Assembly: GCA_021158665.1 (NCBI GenBank)
Contig: JAGGUE010000030.1
Span: 9,023-33,022 of the forward strand
Direction of reading: 5' to 3'
From: Candidatus Aenigmatarchaeota archaeon
GTDB taxonomy: Archaea; Aenigmatarchaeota; Aenigmatarchaeia; GW2011-AR5; JAHLMP01
Length of the DNA: 24,000 bases
Every line of letters starts with the position of its first letter. Position 1 is the first letter of the stretch. The notes beneath the pieces were generated by a model, which saw nothing but the letters and a program-made list of their open reading frames with translations, was not told the DNA's origin and searched no databases. This document shows, piece by piece, positions 16,008 through 23,510 of the stretch. The translations under genes were made by a program, and so were the position numbers.

Positions 16008-16646
16008 TCATCTCGCTTTTCTGCAGGTTTTCCTGTAAACGCAATACAGGCACTTGTCAAAGTCCCAGCCGGTTTTGTCCGGCACCGGCGGCAATTCATT
16101 ATTGTCTATCTTTTCTTTCAGTTCTGTGAATTTCGACAGAATATCGTCAATCATCTTTTCATCTTTTTGTATTATAAATTCTTTCAGCTCCTGATTGCCT
16201 TTCGATTCAACGAGAATTATGCCCTTTGAGATGTTGAAATAATGCATGTAAAGTTGTAATTGCATTATATGATTTATGTCCGGCTTGCTCATGGCTCTTT
16301 TTTCAAAAATAAACGGATTCATGCTTTTTATTTCAAGCACATAATTTTCTTTGTTGATGTGAACAATGGCATCTGCCCTGCCGTGAAAAAGTTTGTCCGG
16401 TGGAATTTCAATTTCCGATGCGGTGACGAGCCCCAGTGAATACAGAACAGACATGAGCCTTATATGAACATGATCTCCGTTGTGGAATATTCTATTAACC
16501 CGCGGTTCCATCGGCTCTTTTGGCGCGTTCTTGATTTTGAAAAATATTTTTCTCGGGCAGTCGCCGACCTCTGATACGTAAAAATAATCCCTTTTTTTGT
16601 CGGGTTCCCTTTCCCTGTAAAACTCATCTATTTTTTCTACTAACAT
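16008..16646 (-). CDS. Cas4-like PD-(D/E)xK nuclease with Fe-S cluster cysteines (RecB/Cas4 family, stand-alone)
   Basis: The protein has an N-terminal Cys (SEVGDCPRK). The nuclease core is HGRADAIV ... LEIKS (D...ExK) with QLQLYMHY (QxxxY). The C-terminal Cys triad is CLYCVYRKTC (Cx2Cx5C). I place the start at the ATG at 16646 (MLVEKIDEF). The longer track ORF (to 16769) would overlap proS by 58 nt, and its extension is a hydrophobic/basic junk-like segment. Confidence 0.75.
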   Translation of the reverse strand: MLVEKIDEFYREREPDKKRDYFYVSEVGDCPRKIFFKIKNAPKEPMEPRVNRIFHNGDHVHIRLMSVLYSLGLVTASEIEIPPDKLFHGRADAIVHINKENYVLEIKSMNPFIFEKRAMSKPDINHIMQLQLYMHYFNISKGIILVESKGNQELKEFIIQKDEKMIDDILSKFTELKEKIDNNELPPVPDKTGWDFDKCLYCVYRKTCRKAR

Positions 16647-16670
16647 GCAAAAGTATATATACCCATAAAA

Positions 16671-16684
16671 GAATAAATATAATT
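16671..16684 (-). promoter_or_regulatory. TATA-box-like element for the Cas4-like gene (leaderless configuration)
   Basis: On the minus strand, AATTATATTTATTC lies at -38 to -25 relative to the ATG at 16646. It sits in the 65-nt gap after the proS stop. No SD is present. Confidence 0.35.
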
Positions 16685-16711
16685 TCTTAAACTCCGATGA
16701 TTTTATAAAAG

Positions 16712-18148
16712 CTAATATGCCCTTCCAGCGTAAACAACGCATTTTGCGGGCTTTCCACAAACGATGCATTTCCCCTTTGGTTTTTCTTTTTTATTTAATT
16801 CAATTCCTCTTACTTCCGCTCCGGTCTTTTCTTTCAGAATTTCTGCGCACTTTCTTCCGTCATTTCCGATTGAGCAGAAATTGATTTTAACAAAACCGCC
16901 GTTTTTGTTCATGATTTTCTCAACATCACCTATATCGTCAGCTTCCGTTATCATAGAATTGAAAGATTTGTTTGCTCTGTCTTTCATAGTTTCTAAAATA
17001 ATCTTTTCCTGTTTTTTTATTTCCTTTAACAGGTCTTTCTCTTTCACCGTTTTCTTTCCCGCCACGCGATTGACTAAAATTACTTGTTTTTTTTCGATGT
17101 CTTTTGGTCCTATTTCAATCCTGATGGGCACGCCTTTCATTTCCCAGTAATAGAATTTTTCTCCAGGCCGTTTTTCGCTCGCGTCGATTTCAACCCGAAA
17201 ACCACTTAATTCGTTTTTCAGTTTTTTCGCACATTCCAGAACCTTTTTTCGCGTTTTTTCAAAAATTATGGGAACTATCACGATCTGAACGGGCGCTATG
17301 TCAAAAGGCAATATCAGTCCCTTCTTGTCTCCGTGAATCGATATAAGGGCCGCGAGAGTTCTCGAGATAGGCGGACCATAGCATGTCTGGTAAGGATATT
17401 TTTCCTTTCCGTTTTTGTCAAGAAATTTTATATTAAACGGCTTTGAGAAGTTCTGCCCGAGATAATGCGTTGAGGGCAGCTGCAGGATTTTTCCATCGGG
17501 CATCAGTGTATCTGCGGCATAAGTGCTGACGGCTCCGGCAAACTTGTCAAATTCTGGACGCTGAAAAAATATGAATGGTATTCCCAATTTGTCATAAACA
17601 TTTTTCGTGATTTTCATATCTTCCTTTACTTGGGCCAAGGCTTCGCCTTCTGTTTCAAAGGCATTGTGCGCCTCTATCCACAGGAATTCGCGACCGCGCA
17701 TCAAAGGCTTTGTGGCTTTGGTCTCATGTCTGTAAACAGCACAGCTTTGGTAAAACTTGAATGGAAGGTCATTATAGCTTCTTATCCAAATGGAATACAT
17801 CTGGTAAAATGCGGTCTCGCTCGTCGGCCTTAATGCAAGATTTTCCTTTTCTTTTCCGGCTTTTGTAATCCAGAAAACCTCTGGCTCGAAGCCTTCGATA
17901 TGCTCTTTCTCTTTTTCAAAGTTTTCTGGCGGTATAACTACCGGAAACAGGCATGGGCCGTGTCCCGTTTTTTCAAGTTCTCTTTCCCACATCTCGTATA
18001 ATCTTTTGATTATTTTCATTGCCCACGGCATGTAGACGACAAATCCCTTTACATTGTATCTAATGTCAATGAGATTCGCGCTCTTTAGGATAGTGTTATA
18101 CCATTTTGAAAAATTCTCTTTTTCGATGTCAAATGTTTTCTCGGTCAT
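16712..18148 (-). CDS. proS: Proline--tRNA ligase, archaeal/eukaryotic type
   Basis: The class II core includes FPVVIP, LRPTSET and REFLWIEAH. The C-terminal zinc-binding domain ends in ...CIVCGKPAKCVVYAGRAY, which is typical of archaeal-type ProRS. The start is placed at the ATG at 18148 (MTEKTF), with GGAGG 7 nt upstream. The track start at 18178 adds 10 aa. Confidence 0.95.
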   Translation of the reverse strand: MTEKTFDIEKENFSKWYNTILKSANLIDIRYNVKGFVVYMPWAMKIIKRLYEMWERELEKTGHGPCLFPVVIPPENFEKEKEHIEGFEPEVFWITKAGKEKENLALRPTSETAFYQMYSIWIRSYNDLPFKFYQSCAVYRHETKATKPLMRGREFLWIEAHNAFETEGEALAQVKEDMKITKNVYDKLGIPFIFFQRPEFDKFAGAVSTYAADTLMPDGKILQLPSTHYLGQNFSKPFNIKFLDKNGKEKYPYQTCYGPPISRTLAALISIHGDKKGLILPFDIAPVQIVIVPIIFEKTRKKVLECAKKLKNELSGFRVEIDASEKRPGEKFYYWEMKGVPIRIEIGPKDIEKKQVILVNRVAGKKTVKEKDLLKEIKKQEKIILETMKDRANKSFNSMITEADDIGDVEKIMNKNGGFVKINFCSIGNDGRKCAEILKEKTGAEVRGIELNKKEKPKGKCIVCGKPAKCVVYAGRAY

Positions 18149-18215
18149 GTCATCGCCTCCGATTATAGTCAATGCCATTTAATATTCTGGCTTTTTTGGA
18201 GATTGACCACTCATA

Positions 18216-18728
18216 TTATCGTTTTCCGATTATTATAATTTCGTTTTCCGCACCTTCTATTATGTCTTGTTTCAGTATTTTAAATTTGTTTAATTTTTTC
18301 AATAATAAGTTTTGCGTTTCTTTCAAGTTTTCCATATTGAAAAACATGGACACGACTATGTAACCGCCCTTTTTTGTAACATCGTACATTTCTTCTGCGT
18401 TTTCAATTAGATGAATGGCGTCGAGGCAGAAAATGCGCGAGAATGTTTCCGGCTTGAATGGGAGATAATTTCCACTTCCTAAAACAAAGCCTTTTCTGCT
18501 TTTTGTTTTTTCAATATCCAAACAAACAAACTCTTTTGTATCGATTCCCCTTTCTTCAAGAAATGATTCAAAATAGAACGGTCCGCAGCCTATATCGAGA
18601 ACTGGGTATGTTAACTCTATGTTTTCCATTCTAATCGCCTCGAGAATTTTTTCATATTTTTCTCTTTGCAACGGCTCCCACGAGTCATAGACCTTTGAAA
18701 AGTACGGCATAAAAGATGTATATGACAA
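18216..18728 (-). CDS. Class I SAM-dependent methyltransferase (substrate unknown)
   Basis: Motif I is VLDIGCGPFYF. An acidic residue follows at the end of beta2 (VCLDIE), and a post-II region (IFCLDAIHL) is present. The track start at 18728 is a TTG; an alternative ATG is at 18710. The gene begins 17 nt downstream of the topA stop. Confidence 0.7.
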   Translation of the reverse strand: MSYTSFMPYFSKVYDSWEPLQREKYEKILEAIRMENIELTYPVLDIGCGPFYFESFLEERGIDTKEFVCLDIEKTKSRKGFVLGSGNYLPFKPETFSRIFCLDAIHLIENAEEMYDVTKKGGYIVVSMFFNMENLKETQNLLLKKLNKFKILKQDIIEGAENEIIIIGKR

Positions 18729-18745
18729 AATTATTAAATAATTCT

Positions 18746-20890
18746 CTACTTTTTCTTCTTTTCTTCAGAACTTGTCTCACTTTTGGAACTCTTTTTAGTA
18801 TCCGATTTTTCTTTCTTTTGATTTTTCTTCAATTTGCTTTTGTCTAACCATCCTTTCTTTGTTGGGCAATCCAAACTGAGACACATTCTAAAGGGTTTCG
18901 CGCCCTGCCTGTAAACCTGGATTATTGGCGTCTTGCACTCTGGGCAAATCTTGCCCGTCGGCATGATAACGCCATCGCGCGGGAGAGGGTAGCCCGTTTT
19001 GCAGCCCTTCTTATAATTGGAACATCCCGCGAATCGGCTCCCGGTTTTCCACATCTTGAATACCTTTAATGTGCCGCCGCATTTGGGACACGGTCCCAGA
19101 ACCGATTGTTTGTCCTGCGAAGCGATAACGGACTTTGTCAGCTCGTCCCCTATTTTCTTTTCCTTGCTTTTTATCTTTTTTGATATTTTAATAACGGTCT
19201 TCTTAGCTTCTTTCAAAACCTCTTCGCGCTTTTTCTTCCCGGCTTCGATGGCGTTGCACTCCTTTTCGAGATGCGCCGTCAGTTTTTCAGAAATAATTTC
19301 GGGAACATTTTTTTCAAGTATGTCCGACAAGTTCTGGCCGAGTTCGGTGACTTCGATGGACTTGCCTATCAGGTATCCCCTCTTATAAAGTATTTGCAGG
19401 ATTTCTGCTCTCGTGGATTTTGTCCCCAGATTTTTAGATTCCATCTCTTTTAGCACAGAGCCCTGCGAATATCTTGGCGGAGGCTGGGTTTGCTTCGCAA
19501 TCTGTTCCACCTTTTTGACGTCAATTTTATCCCCGACTTTCATATCCGGCAGGGTCACTTCATCTCTTGCCGCGTATTTTCCATAAAGTGCTGTCCACCC
19601 GGCTTCTAATGTTTTCCTGCCGGATAAATAGAAATTCTCGCCATTCACGTCAAGGCGGATTCTTTGCGACTCCCGCTTTGCCGGGTCTCCAAACACGGCC
19701 ATGAACCTGTGAACGAGTAGGTCATAAACCTTTTGCTGCTTTGCCCCGAGTTTTTTCGGAACCTGCGCGGTCGGGTATATGGCTGGGTGAGCGGCATCTG
19801 TTTTTGAGCCCTGATTTGGAGCAAGTTCTTTTTTTGTCAAAAGAAAATCTGCCAACTTCTGATACCTCGATATTTTTGCAATGCTTCTCAGAATCTTTTT
19901 ATAATCGATATCTTTTGGCAGCTTTTCACTTGAAGTTCTCGGATAACTCATATACCCGCCCTGATAAAGTGATTCGGCAATCTGCATGCCCTGCTGCGGA
20001 GAATAACCGAAATAGCGGTAAATGTCGGCGAGAAACGATGTCGTATTATAAGGTTTTGGAGGTTTTTGCATCAATACCTTTTTCTTTATGTCTTTGACCT
20101 CTGCTTTTTTCCCCTCTACTTTTTTAAGAATATCGTCTGCTCGTTTCTTGTCCCATATCTTGTCTTTTTCGTGCGAGGCTTTCAATATTTGCTTGCCTAT
20201 TTTTACATCGAGCTCTATCTGCCAGAACGGCTTTGGCTTGAATGCCTTGATTTTCTTTTCATGTTTTGCCAAGAAATGTAGTACTGGTCCCTGAACCCTA
20301 CCCGTTGATAATATTCTGAATCTTTTTCCGGAAAGCTTTATTGCATTTGTTAGTGCTCGAGTGAGATTTATTCCAAAATACCAGTCCATTATATGCCTCG
20401 TGAAACCAGCTTCCACGAGATTCTTGTTCAGGTGCTTGTCCATGTGTTCATAACTATGGACAAGTTCGTCCTTTGTCATGGTGCTGAATTTCATCCTCGG
20501 TGCGTCTTCGCGATTGCATATAAATCTTAAGATGTTGGCGCCGATCACTTCTCCCTCATCATCGTAATCCGTGGCAACGATAAAGTCTTTTGCGCCTTTT
20601 GCAAGTTCTTCCATGTTCCTGAAGAATTTTTCAGAGAATTTGGACGCCCTGAATGTATAGCTCGGCACCCATTCGACATCAAACCTCGGGTAGTCCCATC
20701 CCTTTGCCCTTTGTTTTAACATGAACAAATGACCGGCAGCCGGCGCGACCTTGATATTTTTTTTACCTCTTTTTATTTCATACCATCTCGCTCCGTTTTT
20801 CTCGAATTCTTTTACTTCACCGTTTGCGAGCGCCTTTGCAATAGTTTTTGCCGCGCTTGGCTTTTCCGTTATAATCAGAGTGTATGACAA
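18746..20890 (-). CDS. topA: DNA topoisomerase, type IA (TopA/Topo III-like) with C-terminal zinc ribbons and a Lys/Ser-rich tail
   Basis: The Toprim region has LIITEKPSAA and ATDYDDEGE. The active-site region is YMSYPRTSS. C-terminal CxxC zinc ribbons are present (CPKCGG..., CPECKTP...). There is no helicase domain, so this is not reverse gyrase. The start is the TTG at 20890, preceded by GGTGAT 5 nt upstream. Confidence 0.95.
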   Translation of the reverse strand: MSYTLIITEKPSAAKTIAKALANGEVKEFEKNGARWYEIKRGKKNIKVAPAAGHLFMLKQRAKGWDYPRFDVEWVPSYTFRASKFSEKFFRNMEELAKGAKDFIVATDYDDEGEVIGANILRFICNREDAPRMKFSTMTKDELVHSYEHMDKHLNKNLVEAGFTRHIMDWYFGINLTRALTNAIKLSGKRFRILSTGRVQGPVLHFLAKHEKKIKAFKPKPFWQIELDVKIGKQILKASHEKDKIWDKKRADDILKKVEGKKAEVKDIKKKVLMQKPPKPYNTTSFLADIYRYFGYSPQQGMQIAESLYQGGYMSYPRTSSEKLPKDIDYKKILRSIAKISRYQKLADFLLTKKELAPNQGSKTDAAHPAIYPTAQVPKKLGAKQQKVYDLLVHRFMAVFGDPAKRESQRIRLDVNGENFYLSGRKTLEAGWTALYGKYAARDEVTLPDMKVGDKIDVKKVEQIAKQTQPPPRYSQGSVLKEMESKNLGTKSTRAEILQILYKRGYLIGKSIEVTELGQNLSDILEKNVPEIISEKLTAHLEKECNAIEAGKKKREEVLKEAKKTVIKISKKIKSKEKKIGDELTKSVIASQDKQSVLGPCPKCGGTLKVFKMWKTGSRFAGCSNYKKGCKTGYPLPRDGVIMPTGKICPECKTPIIQVYRQGAKPFRMCLSLDCPTKKGWLDKSKLKKNQKKEKSDTKKSSKSETSSEEKKKK

Positions 20891-20947
20891 CCCGTATCAC
20901 CAAAAATAAGTTACCTAAAGTTTAGATTTTAAAATATTAAATACTAA

Positions 20948-22558
20948 TTACCCGCATTCCACTGTTATTCTCAACTTTCCGTTTATTGTTTGCGTTGATA
21001 CAATTTTGCAATTCTCGATGTCAGCGATTTTTTGAGAACCCGTTGCATTCGCGGTTTCAGAAACCGGAACCTCTTTCCAGCCAAACAGCCTGACCTGCTC
21101 GCTTTTCGCATCAACCACAGCAATCGACCTCAATACCATGGCCTCGCGCACACCGGAATAAATTGGTATGACATAAAAATAACCGTCCTTTATTTTTTTG
21201 AAAAGAGGTTGCAAAGGATACCAATCCCTGTACAACGATATCTGGCCCCTTACATCGTCCAATGCCCTTTCCGGTCCTATCAGGCCAAGCGACCTGCAAT
21301 CATATATCGCAATATTACCATAGTTTTGACCCGACGCGTCAATTTCGATAAAATGCGTTATTGATTTTCTTTTCCATCCTTCCGGCTCTAGCTGCATCAA
21401 CGCGTATCTGCGATTCGTCCGTTTTTCATACTGAAAGTACAGGTCTCCGACCGGTTCAAAAACATTTTCGTGCTGGAAATTATAATCTATAAAACCCTTC
21501 CATGAGTTGAATTTTGCCCATTTATAGATTCTCGTTTCCGTGTATTGTTCGTCTATCAGTATCTGCTCCAGCAACCAGTCGGGTACATCCCCGTTTTTAA
21601 TTTCATCTCTTGAATAAAATTTAGCTTTGCCCTCATTATCTATTTCGGCAATCCCAACCTGATCTGTGTAGAATTTTACGATAAAAATGGTTGGAAATCT
21701 CATCTTTGCTGGAGCGATCCACACGGGTTCTCCTTTATCGTTATGAGTAAAAATCGAATCCCCAAAATCAAGATAAGGGTATTTCAACCACAGAATGAGA
21801 TTTATATCCCTTATTTTCCCGTTTATAATCTGGTACAAAATTTCTATCAAACCGTTTCTTTCTTCCGAATAGGAGATGCTTTCACTTATCTTTTTTCTGT
21901 CAGACGGGTTTTGCGCATTTACCATAATATATGCTGGCGAAGGTTCCTTAAAGTTCATAAGCTTGTCGGGTTCGTATGCCATAACCCAGTAAAGCGTTTT
22001 GTTAACTGGATAAATGCCGTCCCAGTCATCTGACAACCGCCATCCGGTTTCCGTTATCAGAGTCTTCGGTATTTGCAATGCATATTCCTGTGCAACAATT
22101 CTCATGTCTTTTATATCATCCCACACGATATCATTTATGTTTGTTGTCGGCAGTTTTTCAAGCTTTGTTATCGGGACATCGTTCATGTAATACCAAGAGA
22201 CTTCGCGAGGCGGTGCAAACACCGCCGCAAGGAGATATAGAAAAATGATTGCTATGATGGGTGCCGCAACCAATGAAATTCCTTCTCTGGACAGCGTGAA
22301 TGCGTCGCCTCTCATCTTGAACGATTTCAAAAGGCCCGTCGCGAGAATGCGGATGAAAACCGCCGCCATTAAAGAGCCGACGGGAGAATTTGATATCAGG
22401 AAAATGCCAAAGAACCACGATATTATAAAGTCGGTGACAATAGATTTTTTGAAAAATTTATTGGCGATTCCAAATATGGATATGCATCCAACCAGAGCAG
22501 CCCATATAGTATAAAATCCGATAAAGCCAAGCGAATTGAAAAGATTTAACCAGAACAT
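20948..22558 (-). CDS. Membrane protein with about 4 N-terminal TM helices and a large extracytoplasmic domain; possible short relative of the UPF0182/COG1615 family
   Basis: The N-terminal 110 aa are hydrophobic. The C-terminal stretch NYGNIAIYDCRSLGLIGPERALDDVRGQISLYRDW...YFYVIPIYSG...LRSIAVVD resembles my recollection of the conserved UPF0182 C-terminus. This is not verified. Confidence 0.35.
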   Translation of the reverse strand: MFWLNLFNSLGFIGFYTIWAALVGCISIFGIANKFFKKSIVTDFIISWFFGIFLISNSPVGSLMAAVFIRILATGLLKSFKMRGDAFTLSREGISLVAAPIIAIIFLYLLAAVFAPPREVSWYYMNDVPITKLEKLPTTNINDIVWDDIKDMRIVAQEYALQIPKTLITETGWRLSDDWDGIYPVNKTLYWVMAYEPDKLMNFKEPSPAYIMVNAQNPSDRKKISESISYSEERNGLIEILYQIINGKIRDINLILWLKYPYLDFGDSIFTHNDKGEPVWIAPAKMRFPTIFIVKFYTDQVGIAEIDNEGKAKFYSRDEIKNGDVPDWLLEQILIDEQYTETRIYKWAKFNSWKGFIDYNFQHENVFEPVGDLYFQYEKRTNRRYALMQLEPEGWKRKSITHFIEIDASGQNYGNIAIYDCRSLGLIGPERALDDVRGQISLYRDWYPLQPLFKKIKDGYFYVIPIYSGVREAMVLRSIAVVDAKSEQVRLFGWKEVPVSETANATGSQKIADIENCKIVSTQTINGKLRITVECG

Positions 22559-22580
22559 GATTATTTTTTATTATTGGGAT

Positions 22581-22590
22581 TTAAATATAG
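22581..22590 (-). promoter_or_regulatory. TATA-box-like element for the membrane-protein gene
   Basis: On the minus strand, TATATTTAAA lies at -32 to -23 of the ATG at 22558. It sits in the 47-nt gap after the rpl44e stop, and no SD is present. Confidence 0.35.
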
Positions 22591-22605
22591 AAAAATCGTC
22601 TGTAT

Positions 22606-22884
22606 TCATTTTATCTCCGCTTTCTTGACCCTAAAACCATCGCCGATGATTTGCATTTTCCCGCATTCGGTGCACTTATACCTTAAGTCGAGCTTTCTTG
22701 TCGGTTTTTCTCTGCCTTTTGGATTGGGCTTTGGGAAAGAGCCGTAACCCTTTAATTTTCTTTTAAAGCTTCTCTGGCTCTTTGAATTTTTTTTCCTGGG
22801 CCTTCTTTTCGCCAGTTCAACCTTCTGCATAGTATACTTCCTGCAAAACCTACAATATCTCCTTTGCTTTTTAGGTATTTTCAA
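22606..22884 (-). CDS. rpl44e: 50S ribosomal protein L44e (eL42)
   Basis: The sequence (M)KIPKKQRRYCRFCRKYTMQKVE...YKCTECGK shows the CxxC...CxxC zinc ribbon, the basic composition and the ~92-aa size typical of L44e. The start is the TTG at 22884-22882, with GGTGAT 5 nt upstream. Confidence 0.9.
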   Translation of the reverse strand: MKIPKKQRRYCRFCRKYTMQKVELAKRRPRKKNSKSQRSFKRKLKGYGSFPKPNPKGREKPTRKLDLRYKCTECGKMQIIGDGFRVKKAEIK

Positions 22885-22910
22885 AACACATCACCAACTA
22901 CCGTTTTGAA
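22878..22910. repeat. Copy 1 of a perfect 33-nt direct repeat that is itself a hairpin; it overlaps the rpl44e SD and TTG start
   Basis: The repeat is TTTTCAAAACACATCACCAACTACCGTTTTGAA. It has an internal inverted repeat, TTCAAAAC/GTTTTGAA (8 bp, extendable to 10 bp in this copy), around a 15-nt loop. On the mRNA strand the loop carries GGUGAU, and the 3' stem arm carries the UUG start. Confidence 0.9.
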
Positions 22911-22914
22911 AATA

Positions 22915-22945
22915 GGAAATCCGACAAACTTCATTGACGATTTCC
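22915..22945. repeat. Inverted repeat (7-bp stem GGAAATC/GATTTCC, 17-nt loop) between the two 33-nt repeats
   Basis: This was read directly from the sequence: GGAAATC at 22915-22921 and GATTTCC at 22939-22945. Confidence 0.7.
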
Positions 22946-22949
22946 GTAG

Positions 22950-22982
22950 TTTTCAAAACACATCACCAACTACCGTTTTGAA
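22950..22982. repeat. Copy 2 of the perfect 33-nt direct repeat/hairpin, 72 nt upstream (in the mRNA sense) of copy 1
   Basis: This 33-mer is identical to 22878-22910, and the period is exactly 72 nt (24 codons). It lies 21 nt downstream of the GINS stop codon. Confidence 0.9.
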
Positions 22983-23003
22983 GTTTTCATATTCAATCGT
23001 TCT

Positions 23004-23510
23004 TTAATCACAAATAGGTGAGCATGCATCATTCTTTATAAGCAATTCTCTTAAATCTTTTGGCAGATAAACTTTATCTCCTTTCTTCAATCTATACGTC
23101 TTCATGTCCGGCCCTATAAAACACGGCAAACTCTCTTTTATTACAACAAAGCCGTCTTTTTCATTTTTTGTTTCAATGGTTTTTTTTGCTTCTTCTTTCA
23201 AATCGATATTAGTAAAAATACCTGTTCTGAAATTTTTTAAACTGTTCAAAACATCCTCAAACAATATTTTCTCTTTTTCTGTTAGCCCGGACGGATAAGT
23301 CTTGGTTTTTATGTGCGACAAAGCCATGTTCAATACCTTTCGGTTCCTTCTGTTTATTAAATCCATTACAACGTTTCTTATATTTTCGTCTTCCCTTTTC
23401 TTTAAATAATCGGCGACATCCTCAAAAAAGTTTTTGGGCAATTCCTGAAGTTTTTGGCTGTCTTTTTCATTCCAGTATAACTCGCGAATTTTTTCAAATG
23501 TCAATATCAT
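23004..23510 (-). CDS. GINS complex subunit (archaeal Gins51/Gins15-like)
   Basis: The N-terminal helical A-domain pattern is LTFEKIRELYWNEKDSQKLQELPKNFFEDVADYL. The C-terminal B-domain pattern is LPCFIGPDMKTYRLKKGDKVYLPKDLRELLIKNDA (compare fvG.D...Y.l.kGDv..lp...a..Li..g.A). The gene is adjacent to a primase subunit gene, a known archaeal linkage. The ATG directly abuts the priL stop, with GGTGATG inside the priL 3' end. Confidence 0.65.
   Translation of the reverse strand: MILTFEKIRELYWNEKDSQKLQELPKNFFEDVADYLKKREDENIRNVVMDLINRRNRKVLNMALSHIKTKTYPSGLTEKEKILFEDVLNSLKNFRTGIFTNIDLKEEAKKTIETKNEKDGFVVIKESLPCFIGPDMKTYRLKKGDKVYLPKDLRELLIKNDACSPICD

Noticed and set aside
15844-16053. 69-aa minus-strand ORF in the infB upstream region
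   Set aside because: The ORF overlaps the 3' end of the Cas4-like gene in another frame and has no motifs and no SD. The 172-nt gap more plausibly holds the infB promoter. It cannot be fully excluded as a small protein.
16647-16769. N-terminal 41-aa extension of the Cas4-like ORF (track start 16769)
   Set aside because: The extension would overlap the proS 3' end by 58 nt. Its sequence (MHRLWKARKMRCLRWKG...FYGYIYFC) has no family counterpart. An internal ATG at 16646 has a TATA-like box at the right distance.
18746-20890. Reverse gyrase
   Set aside because: The protein is a type IA topoisomerase only (714 aa, with Toprim at the N-terminus). It has no N-terminal helicase/Walker A domain.
22878-22982. 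Mini CRISPR array (33-nt repeat, 39-nt spacer, two repeats)
   Set aside because: The dimensions fit a CRISPR unit and the repeat is palindromic. However, there are only two copies. Copy 1 contains the SD and start codon of rpl44e. The 'spacer' is itself a hairpin. No cas genes are adjacent, and the Cas4-like gene is 6 kb away among housekeeping genes. A leader or regulatory interpretation is more parsimonious, and a genome-wide search for the 33-mer would settle it.
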